DNA from: Octopus vulgaris
Lineage: Eukaryota
NCBI GenBank assembly: GCA_951406725.2
Contig: OX597817.1
Coordinates: 96,534,001 to 96,598,000 of the forward strand
Reading direction: 5' to 3'
Length of the DNA: 64,000 nt
A program made the position numbers and the translations under genes. Positions within the stretch are counted from its first letter, which is position 1; each line of letters starts with the position of its first letter. The notes beneath the pieces were generated by a model that was not told the origin of the DNA, made no database searches, and worked only from the letters and a program-made list of their open reading frames with translations. Shown here piece after piece: positions 24,480-38,079 of this stretch.

Positions 24480-25345
24480 GCTACTTATATAAATTAAGGA
24501 AGCCCAATGATAGACTTAGTTATATTAATGTAGGTTCATGCCATCTCCCTATAGTATTCAAATTTTAGATAAAAATATTAGTAAGAGAATTTCTAGCCTC
24601 TCCTCCAATAAGGACATTTTTAATAGCGTTGCCCAAGGCTTTAAAAGATAGTGGTTTTAGTGAAAAAATAAAATTTACACCTGTTACTAGCCCAACAGTA
24701 AAGAAGAGGAAAAATAGAAATAGGAAGATCATCTGGTTTACACCCCCTTACTCACCCGAGGTGACCTTCAATATAGGTAAATATTTCTTAACATTGATTG
24801 ATAGACATTTTCCAGTTAACCATATTTATAGGAAACTCTTCAATAAACACAATTCAAAAATTAGTTTTAGTTCAACTACCAGTTTTAAAAATATAATCAC
24901 ACATAACACACAAAAACCACAACAAGAAAACAGCTGTTCATGCAGGAATAAAAAATTGTGCCCGCTAAATGGAGCTTGCATGTCCGAGACCATCATCTAT
25001 GAAGCTACCAGGGACTCTATGACGACTAAAGACACCATTTCGACGAAGAAATACGTGGGCCTTACAGGGGGTAATTTCAAGGCCAGGTTCAATAACCACA
25101 CCTTGAGTTTTAGGCACTGGAACAAAAGAAAAGTGACAAAATTATCCAATCATATTTGGTTATTAAACAATAAAGGTGTCAATTACAACATCCATTGGAA
25201 GATTTTGGCCAAATGTAAGCCCTACAGCAACGGCAGCGGAAAGTGCGATCTATGCGACATGGAGAGATGGCTTATCTGGAAAAGCAGCTTAGACCCTACT
25301 ACATGTCAAGGACAGAACTTTTCGGATCATGCCTACATGTGACAA
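24480..25345 (+). mobile_element. Penelope-like fragment (RT end, linker, GIY-YIG)
   Basis: KIIWFTPPYS, CSCRNKKLCPLNGAC, TIIYEAT..YVGLT..FKARFNNH, YSNGSGKCDLC. Confidence 0.9.
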
Positions 25346-25719
25346 AATTTTTTTTACTTTTTTGCCCCCCCCCCCCCCGAATACAGATACAACTTGTTTT
25401 CTATATGATGTCCCAAAAAGTTTTTTTTATCTCATTATACTTTTATTTTTTCATATATTTTTATATTTTTACACAATAATTTTTTCTGTACTCTTCCATC
25501 CTGCATTTTTTCCTGTGCCTATATAGACATGTATATAGAATCATTTGTACACGTGTGTGAATATATATGAGTGGGCAGGTGTGTATGTATATAGATGTGT
25601 GCGGGCATAAGAATACATATAGTATATAGACGTTTTTACTTGGTATTTTTACAATTTTTTTCCGTGTTTTTGGGGGGCGTATGTATAATTTTTTTTGTGT
25701 ATGCGTGTGTGTTTATGCA

Positions 25720-28700
25720 GAAACTGGAAGCCCTCCTGTACCAGTAGTCCTATAAAGAAATGAGTATTTAGAAAAAAGGAAGGACCGAAAACAAAAATAA
25801 GGAGGGAAAGGGAAGAAAAGGCAAAACAACCAAAGCTGAAACCCCAACCCACCACACAAACAGCAGAGAACCCCATGGAGGATCCAATGCCACCCAGTAC
25901 ACTTCAGGAAAGAAGAAATCTGGAAGGCACTGAAGAACCTGTAAATTCTACCTGCGGGGCAAATGTTGGCATGAGGAGGACGGCAAAAACTGCCGGTTCA
26001 CCCACCCGACACCCTGCCAGAACTTCAGGGGACTCAAAGAAAAGAGCTTTACTGACGGAAGACAAGAAATGTCTCCCAGGAAAACTTTCAAAAAAGAAGT
26101 GTGCTCCTCAGATGTTCTGCGCAACGCAACAGCTGAGCAAGAGTCTTTTTTATGCTTGGCACAAAGAATTGTCCGGCAGCTAACCTGGCTACACCAAGCA
26201 CAGAGAAGGAACCCTGCCCACCACTATGCAAGTTCACCACAGTCAACAGACATGGGATGGCCTCCCCTAACGCCTGCACAGCCGTCACCCCAATACTTTT
26301 ACTAAATATTGGGGGCCCTGTTGCATCAAAGTAGAAACAAAATTTCTTTCCTGAGAGATCTTACTGCATGCAATCAAGCCCTATGCATAGCACTCATGGA
26401 AACTCACCTCAGCCCTGATATAGAGGACGCAGAAGTACACATACCAAACTATGCCATACTGCAAACAGACAGAAGGGAAAGGAGCCATGGTAGAGTTGCT
26501 GTATACATCCGAGATGACCTCACACCCCAGGTCTCAATGACATACTCAAACTCGGTATGTGTCACTCTAATTGTATACATAAGACAACATAATATAGTCA
26601 TATGCAATACATATTGCCCACCAGATGCCCCAAATCACATAGGCAAGTTTGAAGATTGCTTCACAAGAATGAAAGAAATCCACATGAATCTGGAACACCA
26701 CATGACCATATTTCTTATGGGTGATTTCAACTTCCCCAACTTCAAATGGCCTGAAGGTCTCATACTCTCAGGAATGAATCATTTCAAGCAAGTGCAGGTG
26801 GAGTCCCTGCTCAACCTCACCAACGCCTTATTCGTGGAGCAAGTTGTACTCAAACCAACTAGGGCGAATAACATTCTGGATCTCTGCTTCACGAACAATA
26901 TGGATATCATTCATGATGTGAAAGTGACACCGACATTAGTTTCGGATCACAACATAATAGAGCTGTCTATGTTTGGGCCAAAAGTAACCAGAGACATACA
27001 GCCTAAAGGAAGCACCCAAAATCTCTCCAATCTGAACTTCCACAAAGCAGATTGGAAATCGATCCAAAAAGAGATCCTCAGAGAGTACTGGCCGGAATGT
27101 CTCTTCACACCAGACATTGACATGAAACTAGAATGTTTCATGTCTTCTGTGCAAGCCGTAGGCCAGAAATATGTCCCAGAGCACAAGGCCAAAACAAATA
27201 GGAGCAAGATTCCTAGAGACAGGAAAATCCTCATGAGACGACGGATGAAGGTTGCAAATCGTCTCAACCAACATCCCAAAAGTAGCGAAACATCCCGCCT
27301 AAAAACAACACTGATGGAGATCGAAAAAAGGCTGCAACAATCCTATATGAGGGAGAAAGCAGACAAAGAAGCCTGGGTTATAAAAACCATTAAATCAAAC
27401 CCAAAGGCCTTCTTTCATTACATGAAAGAAACAGTCTCAGTGCACTACAAGATAGGACCCCTCCTCCAAAACGATGGCTCCCTCACAGACAGTCCAACTA
27501 AGATCAGTGAGATGCTGAATGACCAGTTCAAAAGTGTCTTTACCACCCTGTTGGAACACAGACAAGTGAACGAACCAGTGGACTTCTTTGCCGCCTCACC
27601 TATAACCAGCGAGGCGATTACAATAGAATGTATTGACATTAGCGAAGAAGATGTCCTACTAGCCATAGATGAAGATGACACAAACTCAACTGCTGGTCCA
27701 GATGGTTTCCCAGCAATCCTCCTCAAACCTCGTAAACATGCCCTGGCAAAACCCCTCGAGATTCTCTTCCAGAGCTTTCTTTCGAATGGCAAACTGCCAA
27801 GCAAGCTGAAGGAGGGAATAATATGCCCAATACATAAAGGGGGGGGTAGAGCAGATGCCAAAAACTATAGGCCTATCTCTCTGACTTCACACATCAGCAA
27901 AGTCATGGAACGGATAGTCAGAAAGAAACTAATCGCATTCCTTGAGGAAAATAATTTGCTGAGTGATACCCAGCATGGCTTTCGACCAGGTAGGAGCTAC
28001 CTGACCCAGCTCTTACAACATTATGACTGGGTGTTGAGGCAGTTACTCAACAAATCAAATGTGGACGTAATATACCTTGATTTTGCAAAAGCTTTTGACA
28101 AGGTGGATCATGATTTGCCACAAACTGCGTGACCTCGGCATAGCTGGAAAACTTGGAGTGTGTTACATGACTTGCTGAAAGATAGGAGTCAGGCAGTAGT
28201 GGTTAATGGAGCCACCTCTATGAACACACAAATAGTGAGCGGTGTTCCACAGGGCACTGTCTTGGGACCACTGCTTTTTATAGTGGCCCTCTCAGATATG
28301 CACTCAAATGCCCGGATAGCCACTCTGGCAAGCTATGCAGACGATACGGAAGTCTCGCAGAAAATACAGAACCCCAGCGATGTTGCATACCTGCAGCAGG
28401 AGTTGAACTCAATCTACAGATGGACTGAGGATAATAATATGCAGTTTAATGCTGAAAAATTCCAGGCCCTGTGCTACCAGCATCCAAAACTGAATATTAA
28501 ACTTACAGGATACACCGGTCCACAGGGAATTTCAATCCCAGAGCCTAAGTCTGTGAGGGATCTGGGTATCGACATGAGTGATGATACCTCTTTCCAAGTG
28601 CACATTACCAGATGGCAACAAAGTGCAGACGACTGGCTGGATGGATCCTAAGAACATTCAGAACCAGAGATAAGGAAACCATGATGGTCCTCTGGCGGAC

Positions 28701-29320
28701 ATTCGTCCTCAGCCACCTGGATTACTGCTCACAGCTATGGTCACCCACCAGTGTAAAATTAACAGCGGACCTTGAAGCAATCCAGAGAAGATTCACAAAG
28801 AAGATTGTCTCTTTGGAACAGCTCAGCTACTGGGAAAGGTTGAAACAGCTAAGACTCTACTCCCTGGAGAAAAGACGGGAGAGGTATGCAGTAATATATA
28901 TCTGGAAGATCCTTGAAGGAATTGTGCCAAATTTTGGTATTGTAAGCTACACCAATGCTAGAACGGAATGACACTGCATAGTGCCAAAGATCCCAGCAAT
29001 GCCATCACGCTTCAGGACCAGCTTCTGCAACAGCCTGGGTTTCAAGGGCCCACAGCTTTTTAATATTCTCCCAAAGAGTCTGAGGAACTTGCACAAAGTA
29101 GATGTACAGGTTTTTAAATCAAAGCTAGACATCTTCCTGTCGAGAGTCCCAGATGAACCTACCTCACGGCAAGAGGTGCAAATGAGGATAGCTATGTCAA
29201 ACTCCATTCTTCACCAAGTGCCACATATTAGAGGAGGTTCTTTGTAATGACAATGTAGCACAAAACGGTGGTGTATCAGCATGGCCGCAGCTCTGAGCTG
29301 AAACAAGCGAAAAGAAAAAT
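25720..29320 (+). mobile_element. CR1-group LINE copy 3 (ORF1 3' half plus ORF2)
   Basis: CCCH finger (TCKFYLRGKCWH..NCRFTH at ~25937); APE and RT in 26309-28132 and 28160-28651; C-terminus to 29247; 3' tail ..AGCATGGCCGCAGCTCTGAGCTGAAAC. Confidence 0.94.
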
Positions 29321-29724
29321 AATTTATATATATATATAAATATAAATATATATTATATATATATATTATATATATATATATATATTATATATATATATAT
29401 TATATATATATATATATTATATATTAGCTGAAACTGGAAAATCAAAATCAATCAAATATAAATATATTATATATTATATAAATATATTATATATTATATA
29501 AATATATTATATATTATATAAATATATATATATATATATATATAATATATTATATATTATATAAATATATATATATATATATAAATATATTATATATTAT
29601 ATAAATATATATATATATATATAAATATATTATATATTATATAAATATATATATATAAATATATTATATATTATATAAATATATATATATATAAATATAT
29701 TATATATTATATAAATATATATAC

Positions 29725-29764
<40 letters not shown>

Positions 29765-29789
29765 AATATATATATATTTATTTATTTAT

Positions 29790-29815
<26 letters not shown>
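29320..29815. repeat. Almost pure A/T minisatellite built from (TA)n and ~20-bp units
   Basis: Units AATATATTATATATTATATA; contains a tiny LINE tail remnant (GCTGAAACTGGAAAATCAAAATCAATC) at ~29427. Confidence 0.9.
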
Positions 29816-29823
<8 letters not shown>

Positions 29824-30089
29824 TATACATATGTTACTTGTTCTGGCTAATACTTACAGTTCTCTACCACACCAATTGTTGGTGAAAGCAATGGACTTTT
29901 TTCATATACCAGAGCAGATTATGGGACTGTTGAGCTCCAACGACAATATCAAAATGCTGATAACAACAGAATATTTCAGAATAGACTGACATTGTCTTGA
30001 AATTTGTAGCGTATCTGTGGTTTGGTTTGTCCCTGTTTTGGAGAATGTATTTAGAGTAGCAAAGTGCTGAGAAGAAATTGCCAAAGTGA

Positions 30090-30790
30090 AATCACCTAAA
30101 ATGATATTCCTAGATGATGTAAGAGACCAAAAGTATATGCAACTAGTTCTGGATAAACTCGATGAACTAATTACTTGGTCATGCAGTTAAAAGCATGAAG
30201 CATGAAAGTTACACAATATGATGCTTGTCAAACTCTGTAAAAACAACAAAAGTTCAAAATAGCAGGAGAAACTATGCCAATGGTTAAATACAAATCGGCA
30301 AAAAGTTTAGAATGATAGTAAGCTAACTTCTCCAACAAGAATAGAAGACTGAGATCATCGCACTAAGAATATAGCTCTGAGATCATCGATTACAAGTAAT
30401 AGATAAGTTAAAACTACCAGGCAGATACAAAATCTTGTATCTACCTGGTAGTTTTAATTTATCTATTATGGTTTGGACTGTATCCCCCAGCTTGTTTGGC
30501 CATTGCTCAAATATAAAGTAGCACTGTTTTCAGTAGAGATCATGGGCCAAAATGTGGTATTTACTTCAGAAAATGTCACGGAACAATTAACAGTTCAGTA
30601 CAATATTGAAAGAGAGGGTTTCTTCAACTACATAACATCAGTTGTTGAAATTTACAAAGCTGTAAAGGTGCAAACAGTCATGATGCTGAAGGAGTCTGAT
30701 GATGTAGAAATACAAGACAATTTGTCAGATGTCAAAATTGCAAAAACTTGGTGCAGAGAAATTGTAATTTCACACATAATTCCCTAATGA
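30090..30790 (+). mobile_element. Decayed HERO-like non-LTR RT relic
   Basis: FLDDV, PQLVWPLLKYKV, SVVEIYK..MMLKESDD; resembles 52480-53510. Confidence 0.55.
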
Positions 30791-31467
30791 TACCTCAATT
30801 CTCTCTAATATGTAATTTGCAACACCTTACATTTCTCCTTGATCAGTATACCTGATGCTTAGCTTCTTTACTGGCTACATGGCATTGCTCCCTGTTGGCC
30901 CCATTTTTCTATTCTTTCTGGGCTTTATTTACAGTACTATTTCATGAATTTAGCACCTTCCATCTGTTTAGAGTCTTGTCCTATACAGAGATCTTGTTTG
31001 TAAGTCAGTTGTTCTCTACATTGTAAGTCTCCATATCCTCCTCTCACTTATCAAATTCTTCAACTGGTATTTTTTCTGATCATTCATCTGCTTGAAGGTT
31101 TATGATGTTTTTGAAATTAGATGCATCCTCATGGCTAAGGACAAGGCACCTCAGACACAACCACCACTCATTTTCAAACATTGTATTCTCATGTTGCAGC
31201 TGTACATTCTGCCACGGTTCCTTGACATCCATATTCTATCTATATCCTGCAAGCCCATTTTTCATCTACTCAACCCTCAAGGATATAAAGATGGCCAAAA
31301 TATTGCAGGTTAAATGTGGATTATATATAAATTAGTTAAACTTAGACATATTAATTTATAGAAATAACCTTAGGTCAAAAGCTAAAGATTTTTATTCTTT
31401 GAAGCAAAATTGCTTTTGATGGTTTTTCAAAAGTGTTTGCTAAAATATGTTCTTTCTCTTCTTTCAG

Positions 31468-31545
31468 GACATGAAGAATACTGAAAGAATTGTAAAGCTC
31501 ATTAAATCACTTCTCTGGGAGATGTCAGATACATATATGGGACAG
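31468..31545 (+). CDS. 78-bp phase-0 internal exon of an unidentified host gene (DMKNTERIVKLIKSLLWEMSDTYMGQ)
   Basis: Polypyrimidine tract + CAG acceptor, CAG|GTATTT donor, open frame; homologous exon at 40023-40100. Confidence 0.85.
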
Positions 31546-32934
31546 GTATTTGTATTATAAGCTACAAAATATGAGATGCTTTAGCATTTAATTGCTACAT
31601 TGCACAATAAAATTGTAGGTTAAAACTTTTCAGATGAGTTTACTACCACTAATAATAATTTCTTTTTATAACTTCAAAAACATTTTTTACATTTTATTCA
31701 TTCTTGCTTTGAAAAGAGATGAAGTCAACATTCTCTAAACATTAATAAAAATGTTCATCAAAACAATAAAAGTTTTATAAAAACATGTAATTTGTATTGA
31801 GCTACTGACCAGCATGTTATTGCCATTGAGTAAAGTCTTTTAACTCTGTTTTCACCAGTTTACCTGACAGACAAAAACAATTACTCCAGTAAAAAAATAT
31901 ATTCACTGTTTTTAATTTATTTTTCCATCCTACTTTGAAAGAGCTTTCAGATTATGGTGCCAAAGTCTTGAATTCAAATATTACACAAGACATTTCTTGA
32001 CACAGTTTGCATCAGGTGTTTTCTATTTGAACATATTGCAATTACAATATACATATTGTAAGAAATCATTTGAAAATATTTAGATTTTGAAATTCAATTC
32101 AAGCTGAAAAATGCATTAAAAAAGGCTAATGTGAAAATTGTGTGCAGTATATTTTTATTACACATAAACATACAGATTGATTGTTCTTGTTCTTGCATGT
32201 AAAACAGTAAAATAGTGAAAATTGAGATATTAATCACTACAACATCGCATATTGACACAATGGCCACAAATTTATTTATTGCTCCTCATTTTTCCTTTTC
32301 TTCCTTTGTATTTTATTCTAATGGAAGAATAATTCGAAAAGAGTATTAATTTTATCAAGTTTTTTCCTACAAATATCTGCAACTGTTATCAAATCCTAAA
32401 TTTCATGAAACTGTAGTTCAAATAGTTTTGCTGTTTGGTGAGAGTTATTCCTTTTATCTTTCCTCTTATTTTTCTTAGCTTTCTCATTTTCATCTCATCT
32501 TTATCCTTTCTTCACAGTTTTTTTTTGTGTGTGTTTGAACATCTGTATTATATTTCATTCTTTTTTTCCTTCCCTATATTCTTCCATCTTATTCTCTCCC
32601 CATATTTTTCTTCCTTCCCTTATTGGAAAAAAACCTTTTGGTATTTCTTTCTGCAAAGATCAGCTTTGCCTTTCAGCCTTTTGGGGATCAATAAAATAAA
32701 GTACCAATCAAGTTACCAGAGTCAAATTCATTGACTCATCACCTCACCTAAGATTGCAAGCCTTTTAGAAACAATTATATATCAGCAACTTACAGGGTCC
32801 AGACAATTTTTGTTTGCAATTTTCAACAGCTAATTTTACACATCTTTTTTTACTTTCATTGTCAGTCTTTTTCTTCTTATAAAAATAACCATTTTTGCTT
32901 TATATATATATATTTTTTGCAGAATAATTAACTA

Positions 32935-32947
32935 TGGAAATTTTGAC

Positions 32948-32984
<37 letters not shown>

Positions 32985-33900
32985 CTCCACTTTTGGAAGT
33001 GGCATAGAATTCTCCTTCGAATCTGCTCCAGAAGGACAAACAAGATTTCAGACTTCCTCAACATCAGCAGAAGGATGGTGGAAAAGATCAGAAAGGAGCT
33101 GGAAGATTCAGGATGCAGCAGAGAGGAAAACCCTTGATCAACGATCTGACGCCATCAGAATGACAGAATTCATCACTGAAATCCAAGAGATCATTGACAA
33201 TGATCTCAGCAAGTTGATGCATGTCATTGCAAGAGAGAAAGGTGCAGACAGAAAGCTCATCAGGCTGGGATGCATGAGAACATTTGCTGCTTTTCATACA
33301 AGATAAGGAAGGGACAATTTCTGTCTAAGGTGATGTAGGAAAAGTCACTCAAGTACACCAAGGAGCTGATCAACAAGTTGAAACACCTACTGGAGCCAGA
33401 CATGCTGTGATTCTTCTCTTATGCCAAAACCATAAGATCAACTCCCAGAATAACAAATGGTTTGTTCTCTCACACAAGGACATGCTCAGTGTCACTAGCA
33501 GTGAAGATGACATCATACCACCCCACTTCTTCCCTGAGAGCTTCAGGCTGAATACCGACGGCTACATCCATGATGTTCTGAGTGAGATAGTGAAGGCCTG
33601 AATCAACCAGGTAGCTGCAGGAAGGCCATACATATGGCAACAAGACTCTCTGCCCTGCAACACCAGCCAGAAGACCTAAGCCTGGCTGACAAAGAATTTC
33701 TTCGATCACACAGCACTTGAGATTTGGCCTCTCAACTCGCCTGACTGGAAACCCATCAACTTTTTTGTGTAGGGCACAGTGGAGACCAACAAATCCAGCT
33801 GAGAGCCAGGATTACTAAGGCCTTCAGGGGCCTAAAATAGGAGATAGTGGTGAAGGTCTGTGGCCAGTTTATAGGTTGCTGGGAGGCTGTCATCCCAAAA
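32935..33900 (+). mobile_element. Decayed Tc1/mariner-superfamily transposase, DD37D (maT-like) spacing
   Basis: WQQDSLP..WPLNSPDWKPINFF with 37 residues between the second D and the third catalytic position; multiple stops. Confidence 0.75.
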
Positions 33901-35307
33901 AAAAAATGCAGTCATAATTTTCATTAGAATTTCCAGCAGGGAATTTCTAACAGGATTGGAAGATTTGTATAGAGAAAGCACTACAGGACTTTAAGAGTCG
34001 ATGAAAGAATTTTTAAGAAAACAACATCAAAGCAATTATTTCCTATCATAGATTTTTCTCTTTCTAGTTCTTTATAGTTTATATTTATTGGAATATAAAT
34101 CACATCTACATAAAGCATTTAATTAAAATGACAACGAATTGATACATAGTATACAGAGATAATTCACCTTGAAAGCAAATTTTACATCATTAAAAACAAA
34201 GAACTTAATGAATAACTAGAAAAATTCTCATTCTTGTGAGATGCTTGTGATTTTAAACTCACTGCCATTCTTTTTATGATCCACTTCTTGGTAGCAATTA
34301 CAAAAAAATTACACAACACAAGATCTCTCATCACCTTAAATTACAGCAAATCTTGTTGATCTCTTTCCAAGAACATTTCTACCAAATTAATCCTCCTATC
34401 CACAAGTCCTTGAGATGGCTTTGTAAGCAATACTTTTGCAAAGAAAACAACATTCACTGGCTATTTTGCTTCTAATTTCACATGCAAGCAACCAGACTAC
34501 CAATCTCTCTCAGACATATACATTTTGAGTCCAAAAGCACCTCTGATTATGAGATCAGTCAATGTCCTTCTTTTACCCTAGGACAGTGCTCAGTAGCTAA
34601 CTTTTATCCTCACCAAACTCTGATCATGCCACAGTATATCTCATGCCAAAGAAGGGAAACCCTGTCAACTATTCATGTAATGTTTCCAACAACTGTCAAC
34701 AATCTCTTTTTGAGACTCTACATCTGTGATCACCAGTATGCTTCCATAGATCCAAGTATACCAGATACCTGTTCTCTCCTGTCATCTTTGATATTGTTAT
34801 ATTTAATATCAGCAAAGCATTGGACGTTTCTGACTTGAGAATCTACTAGCTAAGCTGTCTGCTTATAGCATTCATATATCTCTCAGCTCTTACAAATTGG
34901 TGGCAACAGCTATCTATATAATCTTAGATTGAAAGCTTAGTCATATTACAGCGTGCAATCAAAGGACTCTGGCTGAAGACTATGTACCATAGATAGACTT
35001 TGTCCTCACATTTTTCTTGTTATATATTGACTTGTTTGCCATTGTTACAACATTAATTTCTCAGAAGATTATACCATACTTCACTTTTCCTTAACCTTTC
35101 ACATAGAAAGACATAGTCCAAATACAACCTAGACACCTCATATCAAACTTGTCTGTTTCAACATTACAATTATAGCTTATATCAAAAAACAATATTGTAT
35201 CTCAACCTCTCTAGTTCTGAACATGTTCTACAGTTGCTACAAAGGCCTCCTGATTATGATGATCTTCCTTGAGAATTCCATCTCTATATAAAAAAAATAT
35301 TATAGAC

Positions 35308-35742
35308 ATAGGCTTAACTGTATGGTTAAGAAGTTTGCTTCCCAACCACATGGTTCTGGATTCAGTCCCACTGTGTAGCACCTTGGGCAAATATCTTCTA
35401 TGACACCCCTGACCAAACCAAAGCCTTGTCAGTAGATTTGGTACACAGAAACTCAAAAAGAAAACCATCATATGTGTATATATATGTATGTGTGTGTGAG
35501 AGAGTGAGTGTATTTTTGTTTTTCCTTGTCTTGAGATTGCATGATAGTTGTAAATGAGTGTCACTGTCATGCAAGTGGCATCAGTAGTATTGATTATTCT
35601 GTGAAAAATGTGTCTGGTCATGAGGAAATACCTTGGTTAGAAACAGGTGAGGGTTGGTGTCACAAAGGACATCTGACTATAGAAATTCTGTCTCAACAAA
35701 CTCCATAGACATTAAACAATAATGAAGATGATGCTGATGATA
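35308..35742 (+). mobile_element. tRNA-derived SINE with CORE-like segment and RTE-derived tail
   Basis: Head matches the SINE at 8793-9195; tail GGGTTGGTGTCACAAAGGACATCTGACTATAGAAA..GACATTAAAC..GATGATG resembles the RTE 3' end. Confidence 0.75.
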
Positions 35743-35757
35743 TATATATACATATAT

Positions 35758-36097
35758 GGAAAGACCCCTTTCAATCACAAACGGTTATAGATTGCACCTA
35801 GGAAGTTCCCCTCAGAAGTACAAGTGCAAGCAAGGTTGTTTGTGGAAGACCAGCAGTTGCCCCTGCATATCAGTCTCCTCTTTCCATGCCACTGATGTTG
35901 TCCAAGAGAAAGGCAGAGGCTAATACAGCTTGGCACCAGTGATGTCACAACTCATTTCTAAAGCTGAGTGAACTGGAGCAACATGAAAAAGAAGTGTCTT
36001 GCTCTAGAACACAACACACAGCCCTGTTAGAGAATTAAACTTACAACCTCACAATTGTCAGTCCAACATTCTAACCACTAAGCTATGTGCCTTCACT
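35758..36097 (-). mobile_element. tRNA-derived SINE (another family)
   Basis: Minus strand starts GTGAAGGCACATAGCTTAGTGGTTAG (A box), degenerate B box, GAGCAAGACACTT CORE-like segment. Confidence 0.65.
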
Positions 36098-38079
36098 TGA
36101 TATATATACACACTCACACTAACAGAGCAAAAACTGCATCCCAAACATTATCCTCCTTCTTCAAATCTGCAAAACTCTTCATCTCTGATCAGTTGCATAC
36201 TTTGTACAAAGCTGAAGATAGAACAACAATAGAATATTGCTTCCATATCTAAGAGAGCACTCTTACTATACACAGACACTTAAGCTACATCCAAATAGAA
36301 GCCAACTGATTGACAAAGACTTGTTCACCAACAAACTATAACCTCTGTCCAAATAATGTGTCTTCAGTATATGAACTTCTGAACTATATATCCGCTTCAC
36401 CCATCTCTCCTCCTCTTATCACTCATACTGCACTAACCATTTTATCCAATTCTTTTCCTCATGACATCAACTTCTTTCTCATCCACTTTTACCTTGCAGA
36501 TGTTTCACTGAACATTAACTGCATCAATTCCACCAATCTTTGAGGGCCTGCAAAAGTAATGACTAACTCATTAATACTAGGTTTACTAAAACAGAACAAT
36601 TTCATAGAATTTTATGTTTGTGTGATGTTGAAATGAACATGTTCAACTATACAACTGATTATATAAAATGCTTTCTTTCTGGGCATTACCTGTGACAGCT
36701 GTATGTATAGTTAGAAAAATAAACTTTAAAGCAATTGACTTGAGCTATAGATTTGAACAAGTACCCAGTCGTTGACACACACAAAACATACAACCAAAAT
36801 ATCGAAATGTAATCTAACAACAAATTCTCACATATGTATGAGAGTTTCCAAATTATTCAACAACAGTCAAAAATGCACACACGTTTCAGAAGAAAGCAGC
36901 ACATTCCGTACAGTACCACATATAACATTGGATTAAATAAAATATAAATACAAGTTATCAAATCTGTCTGATGACAGTAACAAATGTAGATACTTGGGCC
37001 AATCAGTGTACTATCCACAACATTTATAATATAGCTTACTTGTAGATTGACATATCTAATTTTCACCCCAGTTATACCTTTTCAATAAATCCTTTCAGAT
37101 GACTAGGGTTCAGATGCAACATAAACTTGGAAATCGATAAAAATATTAAAATTGCACAATGAGTCTTACTGTTTCATTTCAACTCTTGTCTAATCAAGAG
37201 CGTTTTCACATGACTTTAATCTCATTAATGTGTGACTATGAAACTGGTATAAGCTTTCTATTTTGCTAAGCTTTCAATTTTGTAAGATTTAATTTCTGTT
37301 ACATTTACTGTCTCTGTGCTTTATTTCATGACTTTCTGTAATAACTTCATCATGCTCCACACCAAGATATTTCATCTTTCCACCAAGCACTGTGTTAACA
37401 ATTTCATTCTTTACAGAACAATTGTTACCTTAGTAGCTCTTTTGCCAGCTCTCCATTTTCTTTTAATTCATGGCATTGATGAGGTATGAAATCTTTAGTA
37501 CGCTCTTAGAAACTCAGTCACAAAATCCCCATCATCAGTTAAATTTTCTCCTTGTACACAGGAGAGTGATGGATCCATATACTGTATTAAAAAGATGCTT
37601 CTTGGAGATCAGCCATTTTAAATTATTTCAATATAGAGTATAGAGCACCTTTAATCTGTAAAACCTGTTTGTTGTACAATAAACATACCAAGTATGATAA
37701 GTAGCAAAAAGAATGTCCAGTCAACAAAGCATGCAGAGCAGCACTTCTATTGTAACACTGACATTAGTTATGTTAAAATATGGAAGTTGGGTGTGAGCAC
37801 CCCTCAGTTATCATCAAGCAACAGCAACACACTATTTTTTCAGAGCTTCATTTAGAATTTTATACTGTTACTGCTGAGTCAGGTTAGATATTGGAGATAC
37901 CGAATGTTTTGTGGAAAAGTGAGGTAGAATGTTGCTTCAATGAGAATTGACACAGGAAAGGAGTTAAGGTATGCTTTGAATTGGTAACCACCTTAGTATA
38001 GATAGTGAATGTATACTGTTAGCAGAAAGGTGGGTAATGTAATTAAAATAGACATGATAAATGACATTAAGTGAATTCA

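Noticed and set aside
34200-34860. Possible Tc1-like relic on the minus strand
   Set aside because: Only a faint IRGAFG-like match; no TIRs or catalytic motifs recoverable.
37416-37483. Possible plus-strand exon (TTTACAG..GAG|GTATGA)
   Set aside because: No homology support; the region looks like an old minus-strand LINE relic.
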